Shown piece by piece: positions 28,101 through 34,693 of a stretch of 36,752 nt of DNA. Each line of letters begins with the position of its first letter. Position 1 is the first letter of the stretch. This stretch comes from an uncultured Planctomycetaceae bacterium (GTDB taxonomy: Bacteria; Planctomycetota; Planctomycetia; Planctomycetales; Planctomycetaceae). The notes below the pieces were generated by a model. It had not been told where the DNA came from, did no database searches, and saw nothing but the letters and a program-made list of their open reading frames with translations. The stretch lies in assembly GCA_964530165.1 (NCBI GenBank), contig CAZGYE010000018.1, forward strand, positions 1 through 36,752, given 5' to 3'. The position numbers and the translations under genes are program-made.

Positions 28101-29738
28101 TCGAAAGACCCGGCCCTTGCCGGATTTGCGACGGCCCGGCTGGCGCCTCTGTTGCTCGAGTCGAATCGGCCGGATTTGGCGGCGAACCTCGTCGAAGAGC
28201 TCACGGACAAATACAAGGACGTCGTTTGTCTCGACAAGAAGAAGGGCGCACTGCTCGCCGAAGAGTGGAAGAAGAACGAGCGCATCGCGAGTGCTCTCGC
28301 CGGCGAGCCGCAGTTCGCCAAGGACGCCGACGCCAGCAGCACGAAACGCAACAAGGCCATTGGGCGATATTATCCGGTCACGTTCGACGGACCGCGGGGC
28401 GATGCTTTCGAGAATTGGGCGCTCGTGATCGATCAAACCAGACAGAACCTGATCGCTCGCGACGGTGATGGAAATGAGCGGTGGAGAGTGTCCATCAAAG
28501 AATCGGCCATGAAAATCCGGAATATTCCGACCAACTATTACCGCACAGCCTACTACGCCCGAGTCCATGGTCATCTGCTGGTGGTCGTGTTGGCGAACCA
28601 CTTCCTGGTCGTCGACACGCTGGCTGCCGGCGGAACTCCGAGAATCCTCTGGAATCGTGACTTGTACGCGACGCTCCCCTCCTCCGGCCTGTCGACGGCG
28701 CGCATCCCGTTTTTCCTCCCGTTTGGCGGCCGAGCGGTGATGAGTGTCGATCCGTTCGGCCGGCCGATGGGCAAGATCGGCCCCATCTCGGACGACATGA
28801 TCTGCTATCAAGTCGGAACGCGGCTGTATGCGGCCAATCCGTTCAACGGCGAAATACTCTGGGAACGTCGAAACGTAGCCCGCGGCAGCGATCTCTTTGG
28901 CGACAAGCAGCACGTCCTCATCCTGGCGCCGGGCGCCCGCGAGGCAACCGTGCTGCGGGCCAGCGACGGAGAGTTCGTCGCCACGCGTCCGATGCCCGCC
29001 GACGGCACACATCTGTCGATGTCGGGCCGGCGCGTGCTTATGTGGGATAACGAAGACAGAGCCGGCAAGGGCCTGCTGGCTGTCGCCGACGTTCTGACCG
29101 GAGAAACGATTTGGAAAAGGGAATTCACCGAGGCCGCCAAAATCGTCTTGGTCGAAGGCGACGAGGTGGCCGTGTTTGAACCGGCGGGCCGCTTCACCAT
29201 CCTGGCACTCGAGGACGGCCAGCCGCGCGTCGATTGCCCGGTGCAACCCGATGCCGACGTGAGTCAGATCACCGTTCGCCGCTCGCGCGATCGCTACGTG
29301 CTGCTCAGCTACCACCCTGAGTCGAACCAGAACATTCGCCGCGCCGTCCCCATCGACTACAACAACCCGCTGGTCAACGGTCACGCTTACGGATTCGATC
29401 GCCGAACGGGCCGCAAAGTATGGACGACGCTGATTCAACAGCAGGCGTTCGACCTGAATCAGCCGGACAATCTGCCGATTCTCGTTTTCACGGTTCGTCA
29501 TTACCAACGCTTGCAGCAGGCAAAGCGTCTCTTGAGGCCGTCCAATCAGTATGCCGTCGCGATCCTCGACAAACGAAACGGTCAGATCATCTTCGAACAT
29601 CAGCGACCCCAAACAATGGCCCCGTTTGAATTGAAAGCCGATCGAGAGAAGCAGACGATTGACGTCAACTTCCTTCAGATGGGGGTCACCATCACATTTG
29701 GCAACGACCAGCCAGCGGTCGCCGGCGAACGAACTTGA
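25134..29738 (+). CDS. Very large secreted or membrane-anchored protein with PQQ-like (BamB-type) beta-propeller repeats and TPR-like helical repeats
   Basis: Start chosen at ATG 25134 (MSRRVLIAVIVVIVELAHL…, a signal/anchor) with GGAGAG 5 nt upstream. The open frame extends upstream to 24807 (an alternative longer N-terminus). Repeated motifs typical of PQQ propeller blades: ADGALQWKRPRDGGLYVAAVHNGKVVVVG, DGKPAWKG, DGVMVCPTAAGAVVAVDLGRRELLW. Confidence 0.7.
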   Translation: MSRRVLIAVIVVIVELAHLTPESPVVHAQIRIFAAGVGPVRQAAESELSGHDLFVTDRRMTRRLARARELLRKNDRDRINGLSLLQSILDNAEDVFFTPDAQDKTRYHGLKAEVQRIIAALDSGGRRLYELQYGSKARQMLREASESRDVARLEEVARRFFHTAAGYEATYMLGSYHLDHSHPLAAVLNFDRLRKFPAAARRWEPMLSLKTAVCWGRIGMPEQSVQTLVELKRVNSQSHITLGGRRIEFFNRNQEALDWLVMVLGRQQEFGSIAEEKWAMFRGNAARNAVGSDASPILDSPWQFSTIQMAESKDPKQLEIVEAKLKELEKNYRDGGFLTLPAVHPLVIDGAVIVRSFGNIKAVDPQTGELLWETVIKDPSFQKLLDQGVPATTASVRSQQSSLSTFLTQRAWRDMTAGTLSSDGKHVFAIEELGFLGSYRYNPRGPQHPMAPKGYNKLVAFELAGEGRAAWAIGGETGEGALDFAGTFFLGPPLPLRNQLYCLAEVSGEIRLLVLEPKPDARPATAKLSWSQSLILPQASLLQYPLRRLAGVSPSYADGVMVCPTAAGAVVAVDLGRRELLWGYRYPTNMPLTAQNRRAMLFAQMAGHYPFTSTDNESRWLDAVPTLAEGRALLTPRDSNDLHCLNLADGALQWKRPRDGGLYVAAVHNGKVVVVGRGEVSALRLADGKPAWKGPTPIPMPSGRGVATDGFYHLPLSTGEIATLDLDTGRILARSKLRPGRVPGNLAAAGGMIVSQSIDSVFGFSSLDALNDRIAAGLKKKPDDADALALRGEMRLHRGEEAAGMADLRRSVQLKPTPRPRTLLAERLLDGLRADFAKNRKTIGEIEKLLDNARQRARFLRLHAAGLHQVGEHQAAFAEYLKLAGPETGKPQLERISASLSSRSDRWVRPRIAELYRNAPAKSRAAMDRELRAQLETARKQDKPEPLEKFLNCFTRLPIAEEARRALVDRLDEKNQALQLAFQLRHLRRSKDPALAGFATARLAPLLLESNRPDLAANLVEELTDKYKDVVCLDKKKGALLAEEWKKNERIASALAGEPQFAKDADASSTKRNKAIGRYYPVTFDGPRGDAFENWALVIDQTRQNLIARDGDGNERWRVSIKESAMKIRNIPTNYYRTAYYARVHGHLLVVVLANHFLVVDTLAAGGTPRILWNRDLYATLPSSGLSTARIPFFLPFGGRAVMSVDPFGRPMGKIGPISDDMICYQVGTRLYAANPFNGEILWERRNVARGSDLFGDKQHVLILAPGAREATVLRASDGEFVATRPMPADGTHLSMSGRRVLMWDNEDRAGKGLLAVADVLTGETIWKREFTEAAKIVLVEGDEVAVFEPAGRFTILALEDGQPRVDCPVQPDADVSQITVRRSRDRYVLLSYHPESNQNIRRAVPIDYNNPLVNGHAYGFDRRTGRKVWTTLIQQQAFDLNQPDNLPILVFTVRHYQRLQQAKRLLRPSNQYAVAILDKRNGQIIFEHQRPQTMAPFELKADREKQTIDVNFLQMGVTITFGNDQPAVAGERT

Positions 29739-29816
29739 GCCGCTCTAAGATCCGAGGAACCGGTCGTGCCACCCTGCGCTCGTGAAAGTCGAGATTATCG
29801 AGACCTCCACGATCAT

Positions 29817-30407
29817 TCAGGCAGCCGAGGTAGACCGTTGCAGATCGACGATCCAGGCCGGCGTCTGGCTGAGATAGCTCTGCAGATGTTTTTCGCGGGT
29901 GAAGTAGTACAGGGCATTGAGGCCCTGGAAAATCACACTGAAAACAATCACGCCGCCATAGACGGCCAACGTGATGCTTGTGTAGAGGTCGCCGACGGAG
30001 CCGAGCATCGACGCCAGTTCGGGGTTGGCTCCCAGTTGCTCGTTATAGGGGCTGGGGCCTGTCGTGGCGAGGTAGATGTTCCACAGGCTGTAGCCGATCA
30101 GCAGGCCCATCAAGCCGAGCTGGTTCCAGCCCAAGACGCGAGGTCCCCTCTGATCGAAGCGGCTGAGCAGTTTTCGCCCGCGGAACTCGTTGTACGCCAC
30201 CGCCGCCAAGCCCCCTGTCATAATCACCCCTGTGATGCTGAACAGCGCAAAAGGCAGGGAAAGCGCCGCAAAGGAGCCGATGCTCCAGCCGTTGAACGCC
30301 GCCACCTTGGCCGCCCTGCGCACGCTGCGGGCACGTCGATCCGCCTCGGCCAGGTCCCGACGATGCTGGGGCGAGAGCGGTCCGTCTGTGGTCAAAGTGG
30401 TGGACAT
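29817..30407 (-). CDS. Hypothetical integral membrane protein (~4 TM helices)
   Basis: Hydrophobic segments: IGSFAALSLPFALFSITGVIMTGGLAAVAY, LGLMGLLIGYSLWNIYLA, ITLAVYGGVIVFSVIF. ATG 30407 chosen; GTG 30431 is the alternative. No family recognised. Confidence 0.55.
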   Translation of the reverse strand: MSTTLTTDGPLSPQHRRDLAEADRRARSVRRAAKVAAFNGWSIGSFAALSLPFALFSITGVIMTGGLAAVAYNEFRGRKLLSRFDQRGPRVLGWNQLGLMGLLIGYSLWNIYLATTGPSPYNEQLGANPELASMLGSVGDLYTSITLAVYGGVIVFSVIFQGLNALYYFTREKHLQSYLSQTPAWIVDLQRSTSAA

Positions 30408-30527
30408 GGAAGTGTTATCGGCTGTTGCCACGTCGGTCTTGGGAGTTGATGCAGCTGGCCCACAATTCCGGCAAGTCCAGCCGTGCCGGCCGCTGCGCCT
30501 GGTCCGAGTTTTCCGAACAATCTCACG

Positions 30528-31739
30528 TTATCGGTATTCGTTCATCAGCAGTTCAATCAGTGCGCGGGCATGGTCGGTGTCGAGGCTGTCAACCTTGTCG
30601 TGAATTTCCTCAAGGATTTTCCGGGCTTCGGTGGAGTCTGCCAGTTCCCCTGCCAGGCGATGCGCGCGGTAGGCGTGATGAATGCCGGCCGCTCCCTCGG
30701 CAAACAGCACCACCGCTGCCGGGACCGGCGTGGTTTGCGCCAACGTCAGCAACAGCGTCTTCAGCAGAGGCTTGACATATCGCTGGTGACGGTGCTTGTT
30801 TTCATTGACCGCTTTGCGAACCATTGCGAACTGCTCATCGGTTGGCGGCGGATCCCGGCGTCGCCGCCGCCATTCGAGCAACACCAACTTGCGGTGATCA
30901 CGGGCCTGCCGCGGTTCCCCCACATGGTCGTCTCGGAGCTGAATGCGATCGTTTTCGCGCCCAATCCGATACGCGGCAGGATTGTCACCCAGACCGAAGT
31001 ATTCTTCCGACCTCTTTTCGAAGCGATGATCGAGGGTGTAGAAGCCGCAGACGATTTCCCGGTCCCGATCTTTCCGGTTCAGCGTCACGCAGGGAACAAC
31101 GACGTAGGTGGTTGGGGACTTCGGCTGATAATCCTGAATGTCGATGACCGCCTGCCGCGCCTGCAATCGTGCCGAGACCGCCGCCGCAAACAGGCTCCGG
31201 TAAATCGGCTCCACCTGCTGCGGGTTCAGGAGTGCGGCGATGCGATCCAGCCCCTCGGACGTCAACGCTTCACGGAGTTGCTCGATGAAAGGCTCCTGGC
31301 CGCCCTCGAGCAGTTGGTGCAACGCTCCGCAGCACGGCGACTGCGAATGGTAGCGATTCAGGTGCCCGTAGCGGTCGCCCTCGGCCGTCTCTGCCACCGC
31401 AACGTGCGAGTTGATTTTGACGACAAGCAGTTTATAGGCGGCCTCGGACTCGCGTGATGCGAAGTGCTCTTCGACAATGCGGATGGCCGTCCATTCGTAG
31501 CGTCCGCCCAGATTTGCCAGGCGGAACGCCGACTGGTTCGCGAACTTCATCTGGGGCAGCAGATACTGGGCGAATCCACGCTGAAATGCGTTGACACATT
31601 CGAACTCCGATTCGTCGCCACAGGTGATGTGCATCGCTCCGACCACCGGCGGCCGCAGCCTTTCGGCGACCAGGCAGAGCACACGGCTGACCTGCTCGAG
31701 GGATCGCTCGAGACCCACAATCTCCCGCAGGCGTTGCAT
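30528..31739 (-). CDS. Hypothetical protein (~403 aa, no recognisable family)
   Basis: ATG 31739 preceded by GAGGGGAA. The listed start 31760 is TTG. Co-directional with, and 96 bp upstream of, the membrane protein gene. Confidence 0.6.
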   Translation of the reverse strand: MQRLREIVGLERSLEQVSRVLCLVAERLRPPVVGAMHITCGDESEFECVNAFQRGFAQYLLPQMKFANQSAFRLANLGGRYEWTAIRIVEEHFASRESEAAYKLLVVKINSHVAVAETAEGDRYGHLNRYHSQSPCCGALHQLLEGGQEPFIEQLREALTSEGLDRIAALLNPQQVEPIYRSLFAAAVSARLQARQAVIDIQDYQPKSPTTYVVVPCVTLNRKDRDREIVCGFYTLDHRFEKRSEEYFGLGDNPAAYRIGRENDRIQLRDDHVGEPRQARDHRKLVLLEWRRRRRDPPPTDEQFAMVRKAVNENKHRHQRYVKPLLKTLLLTLAQTTPVPAAVVLFAEGAAGIHHAYRAHRLAGELADSTEARKILEEIHDKVDSLDTDHARALIELLMNEYR

Positions 31740-31764
31740 GTCATTCCCCTCGCCTGTCAACGAA

Positions 31765-31788
31765 CAAGGTCAAGCTTTCTCTTTCGGC
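31765..31788. repeat. Direct repeat copy 1 (CAAGGTCAAGCTTTCTCTTTCGGC), matching 31987-32010 at 23/24 nt
   Basis: Direct comparison. Copy 2 overlaps the flotillin stop codon and last codons; copy 1 lies ~200 bp away, just upstream of the 30528-31739 gene. Confidence 0.7.
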
Positions 31789-31801
31789 AGTGACCGTAGG
31801 T

Positions 31802-31863
31802 AGGCTCCTGCCTGATGCTGAGGAGGTATGATGTCGCACGCCTCAAATGTCAGGCAGGAGCCT
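31802..31863. repeat. Perfect 14-bp inverted repeat (AGGCTCCTGCCTGA / TCAGGCAGGAGCCT) with a 34-nt loop that contains AGGAGG followed by ATGATG
   Basis: Arms at 31802-31815 and 31850-31863. AGGAGG at 31821-31826; ATG at 31828 and 31831. Confidence 0.6.
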
Positions 31864-31884
31864 GACCGACTTACTGTTCGTCCG

Positions 31885-31961
31885 GTGTGGCTGGGGTTGA
31901 GCGCCAGCGAACCCCCAGAATTCCAGCGTCTGGGGGCTCACTTTGTTCGACCCCAGCCACC
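31885..31961 (+). repeat. Copy 2 of the conserved ~78-nt hairpin-rich element, immediately 3' of the flotillin stop
   Basis: GGTGTGGCTGGGG-[CTGGGG..CCCCAG]-AATTCCAGCGT-[CTGGGGG..CCCCAG]CCACC; its ends are near-identical to the reverse complement of 21429-21506. Confidence 0.5.
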
Positions 31962-31986
31962 TCTGCTGAGTTTTACAACGCGCAGT

Positions 31987-32010
31987 CAAGGTCAAGCTTT
32001 CTCTGTCGGC
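31987..32010. repeat. Direct repeat copy 2 (CAAGGTCAAGCTTTCTCTGTCGGC), overlapping the flotillin stop codon
   Basis: Matches 31765-31788 at 23/24 nt. Confidence 0.7.
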
Positions 32011-33725
32011 GGCCGCGATTGCTGGGACGTCTCGGCCACTTCAGGCTGCCCCTGACGCCCGACGTCGGCCGTCTCGGACGACGGGACCGGTCCCGCCGGA
32101 TCACCGGCCGGTTCGCTCGACCGGCCGTCAGCCCCGGACGCCTGGACCCCGTTGGCCGTTTCGGGTGCCAGCTTGGCGAGGTATTCCGGAACCTCAATTC
32201 CGCCGATGTCTTTCATCACCTGCAACATGGGCGGCAAGGTGCGGGACATCCCCTGCAAGAAGTTTGCGGTGGCGGTTTGGCCGTTCTGGCTGCCGTTTTC
32301 CCAAACGATGACCTTGTCGAACTTGATGTTCGAGATGGCCTGGGCTGCCGTGGTCGCCAGCGTGTCGAGATGCTCCAACATCATCAATTGGAAGGCCTCT
32401 TGCGCACCGCCGCAGGCGTCGATGATTTCGCGAAGGCCTTCCCCCTTGCGGGCGAGGATTTCGAACTGGCCTTTGGCCTCGGCTTGGAGCTTGGCGAAGA
32501 TGGCCGCGGCCTGACCTTCCGCTTCGAGGCGTCGTTTCGCGGCTTCGGCCTCCGCGTCGACGATGATCTTCGCCTTTTCGGCCTTGGCGGGGGCCTCCAA
32601 TTCGGCCCGGCGCTCGGCTTCGACTTTCTCGGCTTCGGCGAGGGCCGCCTGGGCCATCGCCAGGTTCTGGGCTTCCAGCACCGCGGCTTCGGCTTGCCGT
32701 TTGCGGGTTTCACCGAGCTCGTAGGCTTCGGCTTTTTTCACCTGCAGGCGGGCTTGTGCGTCGGCGACTTTCGCTTGCGCCTCGGCCTCGCCGGAATAGG
32801 CAATGGCGTTGGCGTCGGCGACGGCAACTCGTTTTTCGCGGTCGGCATCGGCGACTTGCGCTTCACGCTGAAAGGCCGCCCGCTGCTCGCCGACTTGCTG
32901 CTCTTTGTCGAGTTCCGCCACGCGGACCGCTTTCTCACGTTCCGCCGCGCGGATGCCGATTTTCTGAGTCTTCTCCGCGTCGGCCACCTGAACCATTTTG
33001 TCTCGCTCGGCCTCGGCGACGCGGGTTTCACCGATTTTTTCCTGCTCGGCCACATCGCCGCGGGCCTTCTGAATGGCTTCGGAAGCCGCCTTGCGGCCGA
33101 TCGCCTCGATGTAGCCCGATTCGTCCGTGATGTCGGTGATGTTGACGTTGATCAACACCAGCCCGATCTTTTCCAGCTCCGGTTCCACTGAGTTTTGGAT
33201 GGCGTGCAGAAACTTTTCGCGGTCCCGGTTGATGTCTTCGATTCGCATCGAGGCGATCACCTGCCGCAACTGACCGAAGATGATGTCTTCGGCCTGTTTC
33301 TTGATCTGCTGTGTGTTCAGACCCAGCAAACGATTGGCGGCATTTAGCATGACTCCCGGCTGGATGCTGATGGCGACCGTGAAGACGCTGGGTACGTTGA
33401 CGCGGATGTTTTCGATGGACAGCGCATCCCGCAGCGGAATTTCGATCTGCATCGGCTCGAGGCTGAGAAAGGCGTAATCCTGAATGATCGGCCAGACGAA
33501 TCTCCCCCCGCCATGGAGACACGTGGCCGATCGACCTTTTTGCACCTTACCGTAGATCACCAGCACGCGGTTGCTGGGACACCGCTTGTAGCGCTGAACG
33601 GCGAAGATCACAAAGCCCACAAAGGCCAGCAGCACGGCTAAACCGGCCAGAACATAGTACATATTCCCGTCACCTTCGGACAAAGGACCTGCGGCGGCGA
33701 GCAATTCAAGATTGAACATGGGCAT
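31992..33725 (-). CDS. Flotillin / SPFH (band-7) family protein, YqiK-like, with a long Ala/Glu-rich coiled-coil
   Basis: N-terminal TM helix, then an SPFH domain (VFTVAISIQPGVMLNAANRLLG…), then long EA-rich repeats. 577 aa. The start overlaps the upstream NfeD-like gene by 20 bp; alternative start at ATG 33662. Confidence 0.85.
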   Translation of the reverse strand: MPMFNLELLAAAGPLSEGDGNMYYVLAGLAVLLAFVGFVIFAVQRYKRCPSNRVLVIYGKVQKGRSATCLHGGGRFVWPIIQDYAFLSLEPMQIEIPLRDALSIENIRVNVPSVFTVAISIQPGVMLNAANRLLGLNTQQIKKQAEDIIFGQLRQVIASMRIEDINRDREKFLHAIQNSVEPELEKIGLVLINVNITDITDESGYIEAIGRKAASEAIQKARGDVAEQEKIGETRVAEAERDKMVQVADAEKTQKIGIRAAEREKAVRVAELDKEQQVGEQRAAFQREAQVADADREKRVAVADANAIAYSGEAEAQAKVADAQARLQVKKAEAYELGETRKRQAEAAVLEAQNLAMAQAALAEAEKVEAERRAELEAPAKAEKAKIIVDAEAEAAKRRLEAEGQAAAIFAKLQAEAKGQFEILARKGEGLREIIDACGGAQEAFQLMMLEHLDTLATTAAQAISNIKFDKVIVWENGSQNGQTATANFLQGMSRTLPPMLQVMKDIGGIEVPEYLAKLAPETANGVQASGADGRSSEPAGDPAGPVPSSETADVGRQGQPEVAETSQQSRPPTEKA

Positions 33726-34323
33726 CCCCTTCAGTGGACGTGGGTGTTTCGCTGGCTTTGGTGACTTCGACGATTCCCGGTGTGAGCACGCTGAGAACGA
33801 CGACCGGCGTGCCCGAAGGGAGGTCCTCCTCGGGAGTCATCGCGCCATACTGCATCGTGCGTCCTTGGACTCTTACGGTGACTTTCCCCGTCCCCGCTTT
33901 CTTTCCGGGGATTGATAAGTAAACCGAACCAGTCTGTCCGACGGCCCGCTCGATCCGGACGGTTCCTTCGGACTTGAGCTGGTACAGACTTCGCAGCAGC
34001 CAGCCGATCCCGTACAGCACGCCGCCGCCGGCAACCAGCGCCATCACCAACGTCTGCAGCGGATCGAACCGTTGCCCCGCTGAACCTCCTAGACCGACCA
34101 GACCAAACACAGTCAGCGCGGCCACAATGGCCCGAAAGCTGAGCATGCCGGCAAACCACTCCCCGCCGTGCTCGAAGCCGTCTGCTGCGGCATCGACGTC
34201 GGCGTCGGCGGTGAGAAAGTCATGCAGATCGGCGTGGTGCCCCAACCCGATTACGCTCAAAAGCAACTGCCCGACCAACAGAGTTCCAGCGATCGCGGCG
34301 CAGTACATGTAAACATATTCCAT
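33706..34323 (-). CDS. NfeD/YqiJ-like membrane protein (flotillin-associated) with a C-terminal OB-fold
   Basis: Several TM helices followed by a C-terminal beta-barrel-like GTVRIERAVGQTGSVYLSIPG…GKVTVRVQG. Lies upstream of and overlapping the flotillin gene, the classic yqiJ-yqiK arrangement. Confidence 0.75.
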   Translation of the reverse strand: MEYVYMYCAAIAGTLLVGQLLLSVIGLGHHADLHDFLTADADVDAAADGFEHGGEWFAGMLSFRAIVAALTVFGLVGLGGSAGQRFDPLQTLVMALVAGGGVLYGIGWLLRSLYQLKSEGTVRIERAVGQTGSVYLSIPGKKAGTGKVTVRVQGRTMQYGAMTPEEDLPSGTPVVVLSVLTPGIVEVTKASETPTSTEGDAHVQS

Positions 34324-34693
34324 AGAACGATCCTTGGCAAACCAGACAGCAACTTTCTTGAATCCTCAGACACCTTCGCGAGACACCTGTCCGTATGGTC
34401 CCGCCCCGATGTGGTGCTTGTCAACTACTTTTTGCGGCCTCGGCGAATTTTCAGTCACACTCCGGCGGGGTGGCCGGGGCTGGACTGGAGGGAAGCCCCG
34501 GAAACCGGCGAGAGCGTCGGACTGCCACACTCCGGGGTTTCGCTCCTGACGTCGCTCCAACCCCGGCCACCCGTCGGCCACTCGTCGGGCCGATGCTGAA
34601 GCGGGCTTCACTTCTCGGCTCGGTTCGGTCATCATGGTTCGGCGATCACGAGAACTTGGCTGCGACGGAACAGCACGAGGCGGGAAATCACGG

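Noticed and set aside
31828-32055. A 75-aa ORF starting with AGGAGG-N1-ATGATG inside the loop of the 14-bp inverted repeat
   Set aside because: It runs antisense across the 78-nt repeat element and the flotillin 3' end, and has no recognisable composition or homology. The strong SD-like string may be structural. Kept only as a remark under the insertion-module finding.
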